This document shows positions 12,541 through 24,606 of a stretch of 64,000 bases of DNA, in pieces. Origin of the DNA: Chiloscyllium plagiosum (taxonomy: Eukaryota). The number at the start of each line of letters is the position of its first letter. Within the stretch, counting starts at the first letter, position 1. A program made the position numbers and the translations under genes. Below the pieces are notes generated by a model. It did no database searches. It worked only from the letters and a program-made list of their open reading frames with translations, and was not told where the DNA came from. The stretch lies in assembly GCF_004010195.1 (NCBI RefSeq), contig NC_057718.1:88331355-88395354 (forward strand), given 5' to 3'.

Positions 12541-13895
12541 GATAAGAGTAAATTGAAAGAAACTGTTACCATTGACAGAGGGGTCAATAATTAAATGTCA
12601 GAGATTTAAGATGTTTGGCAAACATTATTGTGAATACGATGAGTTTTTATTAGAATGCATTGCTGGAGGCACAGGAACAAGATTCAATCATAACTTTCAA
12701 AGAGAAGGATATATATATTTAGAAAGGAAATGTTTCAGAATTGTGGGAAACGAATAGGGCTGATAGCTCTTTCACAGGATGGCCCAGTGAACTGAATGGC
12801 TTCTTCGTGTTGTGATGAGTTTCTGTGTTTCAACCTAGGGTAAATGGATGTTGTTGCAGTTATTTTGCAAAGAACAGAACTCTTGTGATTGTTCTAATTT
12901 AATTTGATAGGATTTTTTGAGTTTTGTGTACAAGTCTGTAAACAGGAACTCACAAGATGTGTCCTGTGAATTTTGTAAAGTTAGACAAAGTAACACTCCA
13001 TAGCACCCCCAAGTCATGGGAAAAAATTTTAGGTGCAGATTTCAGTCCAATCATTTGATTTTTTTTTTATTAGGTTGGAATGTCTAATTCAATGCAAGCA
13101 GTGTCCTTTTAACACAATAAACTGCATTGCTGTTCAGTGATGAGCATGAAAGCCTATCAAATGACCTGCAGACTTCTGTTCAGTCAGCAAATAGTAAGCA
13201 AACAATTCCCTCACAACTGGCTTGTAATGTAGAATGTTAAATGGTAATATTGGAAGTAATATCAAATCACACTATTTGTGTGTGATGGGAATGACTCCCT
13301 GTATGCCAAGAGTTGCATTACATAGTCAATCATTGCATTACTCAGACAAGTTTCTACAGCACTCACCTCTGATTGAGGCTGCCAAGCTAAAAGCTGCAGG
13401 CTTTGCACTTCCCAGATTCAGTTGGACCTTGAAAGTGCTTCTTTACTGTCACTAAAGATTGCTTCTCATCACTAACCACATGAATAGAGCAATAACAAGT
13501 CTTTTCTCGAGGGAGAATGGGAATTCTGCTCTTGATTCGACTAACCTTCCTTCTGCTAGATTGAGACATATACTGGATTATTTTGAAACCCAGCATCCAA
13601 CAATAACGTGCCAGATGCTTTATGTTCACACCAACAACTTGGGCTCTTGTTTCAGTCTGGTGCTGATTTGAGGTTGAATGAAGATATCAGCTAGGTTTTC
13701 AGATGTTCACAGACAAACTATTTAGAATCACCATTTTTGAGCTGCTTTCTCTTCCTCACTTGATTTTCTGCACCATTTTTGGCATTCTAGTTTTCTGTGT
13801 TATTTGCTGATTTGCTCATTCTTTGTCTGGCTTCCTGTGGTTTATTTCATGCCTGGACCCAGTTGTCCTTTGTTCCTATTACTCCAACATAACAG

Positions 13896-13998
13896 TGCGA
13901 AAGCTAGTGCTTCCAAATAAACCTGTTGGTCTATAATCTGGTGTTGTGATTTCTAACTTTATACACCCCAGTTCAACACCAGCATCTCCAAATCATGA
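13896..13998 (+). mobile_element. Penelope-like family B terminal repeat fragment with tail
   Basis: gaaagctagtgcttcc...catctccaaatcatga; 5'-truncated inside the hammerhead. Confidence 0.8.
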
Positions 13999-15129
13999 CC
14001 TCAGATGAAGAGTTCCATCCTTGTGTTTGAATTCTTCCATGTCCTTGTTCTTTGCTATCTCATGAACCTCTAATCCTGCAGTATCTGAACTCTCCAGTTC
14101 TCTGGTTCTGGCCTCTTGTGCTCCTTGCATCCAGATAAGTAGCAATGGACTTCTGCCATCCATGCTGTATGATCTGTAATTCTTTCTCTGATCATCTGGG
14201 CCAGTCCTCTTTTTATATTTAAAACCCATCTGTTTGACCACATTTTGGATTCATTCCTAATCTGTCTTCCCTTGGCTTAACATTTTTTTTCTTTACCTTT
14301 GTTTTCATTTTCTTTGCTAATGCAAGTTTTGTTCCAGTATTTTGTGTCATTGGGTTAACTAGATTATAAATACAAGAAAAGAATCTTAACATCTCAAGAG
14401 AGTTTGCAGAATACATCTTCATGGATTTCATGTTGTTTTTTGAGCTTGTGTGAATAGGAATCTAGAGCCTTTGTGCAAATTTGTTAAAGTGCCACTCTTG
14501 AGCTCTTTTGTGGTTAATTATCAGCCCAGGTGGGGGAGTATGTCTGTCAGGATAAGGGTATATGCATTGAAATACAATTTTATGAACACTATTTTAAGCT
14601 TTAGCAACTTGCATATAGATAACAACTTGACCATAAAATTTCTTAAGGCACTTAGGTGATATCAATGCTTGATCAGCAAGATAGACCAGGAGAAGATTAG
14701 AAGTAGAGATCTCAGATTTGCAAACCAGAATAAGAATTTTGTTCAGGAGCCAATATCTTGCATCGAACGTGATTGATGGGTACTTGGTGTTATGGGTACT
14801 TGGTGTTAGTTGGGAGATGGGAATTATTTTGGATGAATTTAAGTTGATGATAGATATAAAGTAGCCCTAAAAATATACAAGGGCAGCGGGTTCATCCAGA
14901 TCTGAAAGTCTGCAAATCATTTGGGGAAAGTTCACTCCCAGGAATGACCAGATTGTGAACAGAATGGGAGGGAAGTGAGGAACTGCTGCTACAATCACTG
15001 GTTGGATCTTTTTCTGTTTGCCACTGAGCCTATCAGCAGCAAGCAAGGATGAGATGTGCTGATAGTGAAGGAGTCACTGGGGTGTTGGAGCTGGGTCGTC
15101 CATGCAGTTGTGGTGATCCTGAAGTTGAA

Positions 15130-15725
15130 ACGAATAAGTTATTTAGAAAAGGCAGGCATGAGCAAATCAGAGAACAAAGTAACTCTGAAGAGTTAAACTG
15201 CTTTTATTTCTATGCAAGGGGTGTTACAGGTAAGGCAGATAAAAGTGTGACTGGGATTATTACAGAAACATGACTGAGGAAAGGACAGGACGAGCAGCTC
15301 AATGTTCTGGGGTTTCAATACTATTGGAAAGATAGAAAGGCAGACAAAAAATGAAGGGGAGTGGTGTTTTTGTTTAAGGAAACATTACCGCTGTACTTTA
15401 TGAAGATATTTCTGAGTTAAACACATATAGCTTCATTGGACGATCCCTCACAAAGAAGGGGATAATCAGAATTATTGATGATTGTTAGAATTAAAAACTG
15501 ATAAATCTCCAGATCCCAATAATCTACATCCCAAGATACTTAAGCAAGTGGCCCTAAAAATAGTGCATGCATTGTTGCATTGTATTTTAAGGTTTTGTAG
15601 ATTCTCAAACAGTTCCTATGGATTGAAGGACAGCTAATGTAACCTCACGTTTTAAAAAAAAAAGGAGGTTGAGAAAAATTACAAAATTGTAGACCAGTTC
15701 GCCTGATGTCAGTAGTGAGGAAAAT
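15130..15725 (+). mobile_element. Decayed CR1 fragments (endonuclease start and pre-RT region)
   Basis: LNCFYFYARGVTGKAD (APE start); KTDKSPDP and FKK.G..NCRPV-like segments. Confidence 0.7.
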
Positions 15726-15925
15726 GCTGGAGACCAGAGTTTGAAAAATGTGGTGCTGGAAAAACACAGCAGGCCAGACAGCATCCGAGGAGCAGGAGAA
15801 TCGACGTTTCGGGCATAAGCTCTTCTTCAGGAATGAAGGCTTCCTGAAGAAGGGCTTATGCCCAAAATGTCGATTCTCCTTGGATATTGTCTGGCCTGCT
15901 GTGTTTTTCCAGCACATTTTTCAAC
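15724..15925 (-). mobile_element. Penelope-like fold-back insertion, family A
   Basis: Inverted arms about 15741-15833 and 15841-15924 carrying ctgaagaagggcttatgcccgaaacgtcga-type hammerhead cores, each with one substitution; partial tail on the left. Confidence 0.82.
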
Positions 15926-16899
15926 AATAATTATTTTATGCCTTGGTCCAAGGTAGGAAGCCTGTCAAATTTAAGAGGTTCGTCCCAAGGTCAATTAGAA
16001 TGCCACATTTGTTAACTGTCTGGAGTCAGTTCTGGGGGAATGGATTATGTGGTGGGCAACCAAAGATTATGGCGATACTTAATGAAATACCGTAGTCTCC
16101 ATCTCACTCCGCTCATTAGAAAAGCTGATATTGGGTCCCGCAGCTATTTAACACTGGGAGCTGTGTGAATTTGTTTGACATAGGACTTCAACCCTGATCA
16201 AGAGGAAATCCCACTTTATGGAGATGGTAGTCAGTAAGCTAAAAAGTCTGAAGACCTAGCTGTGCCACTAGGATTGTTTGCTCTCAACTATGTTACACCA
16301 AGGAGCCCAGATAAGTTTGGGGTGTCTTTGAGTGCACGTTAGCAGGCACCAGTTAGGAATGATTTTAGAGACCAGAATAGTTTGTTAGGGAGCTGCAGGG
16401 TTTTCTATTGAGAGATTGCCTTTGGGCCTAAATATGGCCCCTCAAAGATTCCAGTTTCCCTCACAAACTGCTGAATTTCTCGACTGCTGTGGGCCTTTTC
16501 TGTGACTGGTACAGAAAAGATTACAGATTCTAGTCAACATGTGTGGTGATGGTGTTGCACATTTCTGAAGTAAGTAGGACTTGAACTGGGCCTTCTGGCT
16601 CAGAAGGACACTACCACTGAGCCACAAGAGTCACCATCACAAACCCCCTCCACTGGGATAACACTGGCAGTAGAATGAGGCCCTTAAGTGGACAATAATT
16701 GACCACTTGACAGGCTTAATAGGCTTGACGAGTGGCTTCCTTGGCATTGCCTCTGTTTAATTTCTGAAGGCCTAGGGACGGGTGGGAAGGTGGTGGAAAT
16801 GGCACTTGTTGGATTTTATGTGCTACACTACCTTCATACCACCAAGATGGGAGTATGTACGTGGCCCATTGGTCTCAGTATCCCTAATACTTAATTGGA

Positions 16900-17130
16900 G
16901 ACTTCTTTTTTCTTATTAATTTGAAATATGGGTATTGCTGGCTGAGCCCAGCAGCACTTATTGCCCACCCTTAATTGCCTTTGAAAAGTGGTTGCGAAGT
17001 GCCATCTGAATCGCTGCAGTCCATTTGCTGTATGTTGATCCACAATGCTGTTAGGGAGGGAATTCCAGTAGTACTGAAGGAATAACAATATATTTCCAAA
17101 TCTGGATGGTGATTGGCTTGGAGAGGTCAC
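16900..17130 (-). mobile_element. 3' end of the second LINE family
   Basis: Matches the tail of 59515-60490 (WNSLPNSIV..GLQRF..). Confidence 0.7.
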
Positions 17131-17935
17131 CCAATAAACACAATGTTTATTGTTTATGACTCTAATAGAGTGAGATGGATGTAGGTGAGTTCAAAATGAT
17201 GAGCCACACATCTCACTTGCCGTTTTATGGCAGCCTTATGTTCATAATCTTAACTTTTGACATTTTTTATCAGTTTAAATTGCATTTACTCTCAACAGTG
17301 CAGTAATTACAATCACATATTAGAAGAACAGTTATTCCTCTTTTAGCCTGGTTTGTTATTGAAACTTTTTATTCTGTGTTTTCAACTGAAAGCAGATTTA
17401 AAGGGATAGAAATTAGCATAAAACAGTATTTTTTTTTGTGGTATAGCAAGTTAGTGATTTTGACAGTGAGCTATGAACCCAGAGGCCATGATTTCTATTC
17501 CCGCCACTGCAAATTGTAAAGTTGAATTCATTAATTCTTTGTAGATGGCAGCAGGAACATTTAGCATGAAGCTGTCACATCATTATATAAACCCATTTGG
17601 TTCACAGCTTTCCTTTAGGGAGGGGTTTGCTATCCTTACCAGGAATGTCTATTTGATTGTGGACCCATATTTTCCGGATCTGCTGAGTTTCTCTAGCAAT
17701 TTCTGTCTTAGCTTCAGGTTTTTATGACAATTGATAGAGACATGCTCACCATTAATGATACCACCATTTTATTCCAGATTTATTTAACAGAATTAAAATG
17801 TAGGATTTGAACTCATGTATATGTTCATTAGTTTAGGCCTTTAGATTTATAATTCAGTACGTAAATAGTATGGTATGGTTCCCATAACCTAACTTATATG
17901 ACCAATGTGTGGGGGAGGAAAAACCCCAAAGAACC

Positions 17936-18121
17936 GGATGCTGGCAATCCGAAACAAAAACAGAACTTGTTGCAAAAGCTCAGCAAGTCTAGCAGCATCC
18001 ATGGAAAGAAAACCGAGTTATTGTTTCGCATTCTGGAAAAGGGTCACTGAACCTGAAACTTTGCTTTCTCTCTATACATGTTATCAGACCTGCTGAGTTT
18101 TCCCAGTAATTTTGTTTTTGT
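17936..18121. mobile_element. Old, degenerate Penelope-like fold-back (family D)
   Basis: Imperfect inverted arms (ctcagcaagtctagcagcatc / gttatcagacctgctgag) around a decayed core ctggaaaagggtcactgaacctgaaac; related single copy at 53180. Confidence 0.6.
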
Positions 18122-18999
18122 GCCCTATAAGTGACTCCAGTCCTACACCAGTTGCTTTTTAACTGCCCTTTGAAATGGCCATGCCATTCGCACCCATTCT
18201 CTGGGCAATTAGGTGGAGGCAATAAATGGCAACCTTGGCAATGGTACCCACATCTCACAGGTGAATGAAAAATATGATATTGTCAGAGGTTGCAAGATAC
18301 AGTTTTAGTCATTTGGAAGGCTGGTGGTGCAGGGAAGTGCCATGGATTTCTTCTATTATTTTTAATTTGAAACGATTTTTTGAAGCTGTGCGATTCTTGT
18401 GCTTTTTACCTTGTGGTCCCGTAACTGTCAAAATTTTAATGGATTTCATGAGTTATTGCCCATTCTGGTGCTACCGCCCTAATTAAAAGTCTGATTTACA
18501 GTGTTTTTCTTCTGTCGCACTACTTTAAATTCAGGTGGAGTAGCTGTGCAGCAAATCTTGTCAGTACTGCAGTGTAAGATCCGAATTAGAGTTCACGAAA
18601 GCAACTCTGCATTATTGCCCTTCTTCCCTGCTATCTTTGCCCTGCTTCTCTTGCCTCTGCTGCCAATGCTGAAGAATCTTAAGTTCATTCTGGAAAAGCA
18701 GTGCACCTTGTTACTGTAAGAAAGCAAGAACTGTACTCTGAAATATGTAATCTTTGCAACCCAGAAATAGACCATTCCACCTAACTGATCCAATTTCAGA
18801 CTGCAAACAGCCCTCCACCCAGCTTCATTCATTGAGATAAAGTTATTGCATTCCTTTATCCTTCATCTGTCACTGATCACTACAGAATTCTAACATTTTC
18901 TGAACTTGGAGTCTCAAGTCCCACTTGCTCCAGAAGTGTGCGATTTCATTACTGAACGGGTTAATTAGAAAATATATTAAATTATGCAAACTTCCTAAT

Positions 19000-19538
19000 T
19001 ATGAGCAGATAAGGTAAATTGACAAGGTCTTTTCCCTGGTTAAAAATCACACAATACCAGGTTATAGTCCAACAGGTTTAATTCTAAGCACATTAGCTTT
19101 TGGAGCGTGAAGGAGCGGCGCTCCAAAAGCTAGTGTGCTTCCAATTAAACCTTTGGACTATAACCTGGTGTTGTGATTTTTAACTTTGTACACCCTAGTC
19201 CAACACCAGCATCTCCAAATCTTCTTTTCCCTGAGGTTGGGAGTTGAGAACTGGAGGGCATAGGTTTAGGGTGAAAGGGGAAAGATTTAAAAGGGACCTA
19301 ACGGGCACCGTTTTCACCCAGAGGGTGATTCGTGTATGGTGTGAGCTGCCAGAGGAAGTGGAGGCTGGTACAATTACAGCATTGAAAGGGCATCTGGATG
19401 GGTATATGAATAGGAAGGGTTTGGAGGGATGTGGGCCGGGTGCTGGCAGGTGGGACGAGATTGGGTTTGGGATATCTGGTCGGCATGGACAGGTTGGACC
19501 GAAGGGTCTGTTTCCGTGCTGTACATCTCTATGACTCT
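19000..19538 (+). mobile_element. CR1/HER1 3' fragment interrupted by a Penelope-like insertion
   Basis: ORF 19244-19534 (HRFRVKGERFKRDL) and 3' UTR; continuity restored across the TSD. Confidence 0.85.
19039..19222 (+). mobile_element. Penelope-like fold-back insertion, family B
   Basis: Arms 19039-19107 and 19119-19184, 38-nt tail, 11-bp TSD tcttttccctg at 19028-19038 and 19223-19233. Confidence 0.85.
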
Positions 19539-20039
19539 AGATCAAACATAGATAAAGAAAACACGTGCTCGTTACCACCTCTGCATTCCCGTCAGCTAAT
19601 AAATCAATTCAATCCTCCATGTTGAACATCACTTGAAAGAAGCATTGAGGATAGCAAAGGTGCAAAATGTCCTCTGGTTCGGGATCTCCTATATCCATTA
19701 CCAAGACTGGCTCAGTGGCACCACTACTAACTGAGATGGATATGTCCTAAATAACATAGCTTCTAGTCTGAAGCTGTAGTGAGGGAACCAACAGGAGGGA
19801 GAAATCTACTTCACTTTTTTCTCACCAATCTATCTGTCGCTGATGCATCTATACGTTATGGTATCCGTGGGAGTGGCCACTGCACATCCCTTGTGAAAAC
19901 TGTCCCATCTTTGAGGGTATCCTGCATTGCATTACGTGGCACTCCATATTACTAAATGGGACAGATTTCAAAAGGTGTAACAGTTCAAAATTGGTTATCC
20001 TTGAGTTGCTGTGGGCCACCTGCTTACCTTACTTATCGA

Positions 20040-21035
20040 ATACCTTACTGAAGTCCATAAAGAGCATGTCCACCACTCTGCCCTCATCAATCCTCTTTGT
20101 TACTTCTTCAAAATACTCAATCAAGTTTGAGAGACATTTCCCAAGCACAAAGCCATGTTGACCATCCCTGATGCCTTTGAAAGTACATGTAAATCCTGTC
20201 CCTCAGGATTCCCCCCAGCAACTTGCCCAAGTGGCGATGGAGTTTAATTTAGATAAATGCGAGGTACTGCATTTTGGAAAAGCAAATCAGAGCAGGACTT
20301 GTACACTTAATGGGAATGTCCTAGGGAGTGTTGCTGAACAAAGAGACCTTGGAGAGCAGATTCATAACTCCTTGAAAATAAAGTCGCAGGTAAGGAAGGG
20401 TAGTGAAGAAGGTGTTTGGTATGCTTTCCTTTATTGGTAAGAGTATTGAGTATAGGACTTGGGAGGTCATGTTGTGGCTGTACAGGATGTTGGTTAGGCC
20501 TCATTTGGAATATTTCGTGCAATTCTGATCTCCTTCCTAATGAAACTTGAAAGAGTTCAGAAAAGATTAACAAGGATGTTGCCAGGGTCAGAGGATTTGA
20601 GTTATAGGGAGAGGCTGAAAAGGCTAGGGCTGTTTTCCCTGGAGCATCGGAGGCTGAGGGGTGACCTTATAGAGGTTTATAAAATCATGAGGGGCAAGGG
20701 TAGGATAAATAGACAAGGTCTTTTCCCTGGGTTGTGGGAGTCCAGAACTAGAGAAAATATGTTCAAAGTGAGAGGGAGAAGATATAAAAGAGGCCTAAGG
20801 GGCAACATTTTCACACACTGTGGTGTGTGTATGGAATGAGCTGCCAAAGGAAGTGGTGGAGGCTGGTACAACTGCAACATTTAAAAGGCATATGGCTGGG
20901 TGTATGAATAAGAAAGGTTTAGAGGGATGCAGGCCAAGTGCTGGCAAATGGGACTAGATTAGTTTGGGATATCTGGTCGGCATGGATGAGTTGGACTGAA
21001 GGTTCTGTTTTCCTGCTGTATATCTCTGTGACTCT
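20040..21035 (+). mobile_element. CR1/HER1 LINE with an inverted 5' segment
   Basis: 20040-20228 is RT sequence on the minus strand, joined to plus-strand RT-to-3' UTR at 20229-21035 (MEFNLDKCEVLHFG). Confidence 0.85.
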
Positions 21036-21199
21036 ACGGCACAATCAAGGAGTCCTGGATGACCGATATAAACAGGAGTGTCGGGGGTTCTACTCCCTCT
21101 CTACACGGCTCTTGAGAAAGCTGGGTCTGGTGTTATGTACTATGCACATGTAAATAAAGGGTGATTTTAGGAGGGGGTACCGACCTTAATGGAATAATT

Positions 21200-21430
21200 T
21201 CAGCTGTACAAGCATCGGTGGTGGAGGGAATGGACACTTGTGGATGCAGTGCCAATTAAACAAGCTGCTTTGTCCTGGATAATGTCAAGCTTCTTGAACA
21301 GTGTAGTTCCAACAACACTCCAGGCAACTGGGAAATATTCAATCACAGTCCTGACTTGTGTTTTGTTATTGGTGGACAGGCTCTGGGGAGTCAGGAAGTG
21401 AATTACTCGCCTCACTATTCCTAGACACTT
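21200..21430 (-). mobile_element. Fragment of the second LINE family
   Basis: ORF 21200-21469 (KKLDIIQDKAACLIGT) matches ORF 59997-60488. Confidence 0.75.
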
Positions 21431-21681
21431 CACCATAAATGGTCCTGCCCTCTCGGGTTTGCCCCTCACCTGAGGTGTGGTAACCCTCAGGTCAACCCAT
21501 CATTGGTCCCCTCTGTCTCATGAGAGAGCAATCTGTGGTCTTCTGGGACTCTGGCAACTTTGCCTTTATTTTGGTACCAGTATTTTGAATGAAAAATTGT
21601 GGATTTGTTTGTGAATGAATTGATTTGAAGATTGTAAGTTCATCCATTTCAACCAAACCTGTTCAACCAAACAGGTTTGGT

Positions 21682-21991
21682 GGGTGGCACGGTGGCACAG
21701 TGGTTAGCACTGCTGCCTCACAGCGCCAGAGACCCGGGTTCAATTCCCGCCTCAGGCGACTGACTGTGTGGAGTTTGCATGTTCTCCCCGTGTCTGCGTG
21801 GGTTTCCTCCGGGTGCTCCGGTTTCCTCCCACAGTCCAAAAGATGTGCAGGGTCAGGTGAATTGACCATACTAAATTGCCCGTAGTGTTAGGTAAAGGGT
21901 AAACGTAGGGGTATGGGTGGGTTTCGCTTCAGCGGGTCGGTGTGGAGTTGTTGGGCCGAAGGGCCTGTTTCCACACTGTAATCTAATCTAA
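21682..21991 (+). mobile_element. HE1-type SINE, full length
   Basis: Same sequence as 1707-2029. Confidence 0.9.
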
Positions 21992-22135
21992 TTATGCTGG
22001 GAAGGAAGATATAAGGGTTTCTTGAATCTCCAGACCTGTGAAATCACTTAGCAGTATTTCTTTAGGGACCCTGCCAGCTTGAGAGCGCTTCCTTAAGGGT
22101 GAGTACAGTATTGCAGTAATTGTGTTTTCATTTTA

Positions 22136-22276
22136 TCATGATTTGGAGATGCCGATATTGTACTGAGGTGTACAAGGTTTAAAAATCACAGAACACCAGG
22201 TTTAGTCCAACAGGTTTGATTGGAAGCACTAGCTTTCAGAGCACTGCTTCTTCATCAGGTAGTTGTGGAGTAGGCA
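22136..22276 (-). mobile_element. Penelope-like family B terminal repeat with tail
   Basis: Reverse complement reads cctgatgaagaagcagtgctctgaaagctagtgcttcc...catctccaaatcatga. Confidence 0.8.
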
Positions 22277-22285
22277 CGGTAGTTT

Positions 22286-22598
22286 GGGTGGCACGGTGGC
22301 ACAGTGGTTAGCACTGCTGCCTCACAGCGCCAGAAATCCGGGTTCAATTCCCGCCTCAGGCGACTGATTTTGTGGAGTTTGCACGTTCTCCCCGTGTCTG
22401 CGTGGGTTTCCTCCGGGTGCTCCGGTTTCCTCCCACAGTCCAAAGATGTGCAGGTCAGGTGAATTGGCCATGCTAAATTGCCCATAGTGTTAGGTAAGGG
22501 GTAAATGTAGGGGTATGGGTGGGTTGCGCTTCGGCGGGTTGGTGTGGACTTGTTGGGCCGAAGGGCCTGTTTCCACACTGTAATGTAATCTAACCTAA
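22286..22598 (+). mobile_element. HE1-type SINE, full length, about 200 bp upstream of the exon acceptor
   Basis: Same sequence as 1707-2029. Confidence 0.9.
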
Positions 22599-22802
22599 AT
22601 CATAGAAGTCTTTTTGAGTGTTCTTGTGCCTGTCTTCACAGTGGAGTATGAAGTTTGTAAAAATGGCACCTGTCCTAGCATATGACAGCATAAATGGCTT
22701 TTCTTAATGCTATGAATGTTTTGATATATATTTTGTTATTGCTTTTATTTCAGTCTTGTTTGTCTTTATTTCAGTTTTTTGTTTACTTTTGATTCCTTAC
22801 AG

Positions 22803-22892
22803 ATGAGCACCATGCCAGGATTGCCCACTCGGTCCTGTTTTTATGACATTGACATTGATTCAGACACTGAGCAAATCAGTGGATTGTTCTAA
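22803..22892 (+). CDS. MTHFD1L: Last coding exon of a C1-tetrahydrofolate synthase (formyl-THF synthetase C-terminus), most likely mitochondrial monofunctional MTHFD1L
   Basis: Translates to [29 protein letters not shown], matching the MTHFD1/MTHFD1L C-terminus. Polypyrimidine tract and cag acceptor at 22800-22802; donor gtatga at 22895. MTHFD1L is preferred over MTHFD1 because no other exon is seen in the 22.8 kb upstream (inference). Confidence 0.88.
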   Translation: MSTMPGLPTRSCFYDIDIDSDTEQISGLF

Positions 22893-23370
22893 AGGTATGA
22901 CTCTTTGAAGTATTGCTTTCCTCTCTCTCCTTGCCAGACTGACACAATATTCTGCTTTGTATCTAAAAACCTTGAAGTACTACAGATTTTACTTCTCTTA
23001 CCTTAAGTTTAGCGATAGAGATTTTTGTAAGGTTAAAATTAAAGAGAATTGGGGTACAGTTTGACCATGATTTAGTTGAATTGCCGAGCAGGCTGGAGGT
23101 CAAAAATGGTCTTTTCCCCAGTCTATAATCCAGACATGAGAGGCAACTTTCTAATAGCTGACTGCATCATCTACTATAACAGAAAATAACCCCTACTTCA
23201 GTTATAATTGGTAGCAGCAGTTAGCAAGCCTGAAGAATTGTGGAACATGAGGGAAAATGATACATTTAAAAATCTCCAATTTTACATGGTGTTGTACTGT
23301 TTGCAATTCACACAACCCTGCAAGATTTATTTCAAATCATTCATATTCTGGCTCTTCTTTCTTATCCCTT

Positions 23371-23500
23371 ATTAGAGTCATGAGAACAGATCTTTCAGTC
23401 CAACTTTGTTCATGCCTACCAAGTTTCCCAAACTAAACTAGTTCCATTTACCTGCACTTGACCCATATCCCTTTAAACCTTTCCTATTCATGTACCTGTC
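23371..23500 (-). mobile_element. CR1 3' end fragment
   Basis: tagagtcatgag..ttcagtccaact..ccatatccctttaaacctttcctattca is the reverse CR1 3' UTR. Confidence 0.7.
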
Positions 23501-23833
23501 CACAATTGTAGAGTACAGTTTTGATTTATGTTAGAATGTAAAGTTTCATCCAATCAATTACAGCGCAGTATAGAAATTTGTACGTACAGATTTGGAGCGA
23601 TGTTTGTTGTGAAACATAGGATAAGACTGGTGGGTACTGCAGTGGACTCTTGCATCCCATGGATTTGTCCCTGTTGGCTTCTGTTTTTTAATGTGTGCAT
23701 CATGTTCCTGTCGTTTGCCTTGAAAATTTGAACTCCTCTCCATCATGATTGAAAGGAAAAGATGGGTGTGATTACCAGACCAGTTTTTGCTGATCAGATT
23801 ATCATTACCTGTAACTATCACTGATTCAGGAAA

Positions 23834-23985
23834 AAGTTAAAAATCACACAACACCAGGTTATAGTCCAACATGTTTAATTGGAAGCAGCTGATGAAGGAG
23901 CGTTGCTCCGAAAGCTAGTGTGCTTCCAATATTGTGTGATTTTTAACTTTGTACACCCCAGTCCAACACCGGCATCTCCAAATCA
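23834..23985 (+). mobile_element. Penelope-like fold-back insertion, family B, in the last intron
   Basis: 12-bp TSD tgattcaggaaa at 23822-23833 and 23986-23997; inverted arms and tail; intact core ctgatgaaggagcgttgctccgaaagctagtg at 23889-23920. Confidence 0.85.
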
Positions 23986-24079
23986 TGATTCAGGAAAGGG
24001 TAATTATGAATATGATAGATTTCAAAATTGAGTGTGCAAAGCAAGATATTGATAAGTAGCAGTAAAATGAAAAGGGGAA

Positions 24080-24450
24080 TGAGCTTGCATTTATATAACC
24101 TTAGGAGGTGTCGAAGTGCTCTCAAGCTCATTGAAAACTGTTTAATTACAATCATTGTTGTAGTATAGGGAACACAGCAGCCAATTTATACACCTCAATG
24201 TCCTTTCAATAACAAAGAGGTAATGACCAGGCCATTACTTGGTGTTAGTTGAGAGATGTATATCAACCAGATGATCAACGAAAAGGTTTCCTTGCTTTTT
24301 ATTGAAAGAATGTCACAGTCTTGGAATGCCACGCCTGACAGTGTTGCTTACCCTCCGTAAACGCTGTGAATATCAGTTTTAATGATAAATTCAATTTCGA
24401 GAATGGGACTTGATCCCACAACTCTCAGAACAAGTGAGAGTACTACCAAC
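24080..24450 (-). mobile_element. Decayed DeuSINE/SacSINE1-like SINE
   Basis: cttgcatttatata..gggaacacagcagccaattta..taatgaccag..tgggacttgatcccacaac in reverse orientation. Confidence 0.6.
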
Positions 24451-24580
24451 TAAACTCTGGTTCATGCAAAAAGAGGAAAGTTACAGTGGCTGGGGGAAGG
24501 TGGCATTCATCTCAATTGTTCAGACAGCTAGGCATATTTTTCAGATGAAAACTAACAGGGTTTGAGTCTTATTCTGAAAT

Positions 24581-24606
24581 AGACTCAGACTCAGACTCAG
24601 ACTCAG
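24581..24606. repeat. (AGACTC)4 microsatellite
   Basis: Directly visible. Confidence 0.85.

Noticed and set aside
240..22800. Additional upstream MTHFD1L exons
   Set aside because: I found no segment translating to formyl-THF synthetase motifs by eye; a short exon could have been missed.
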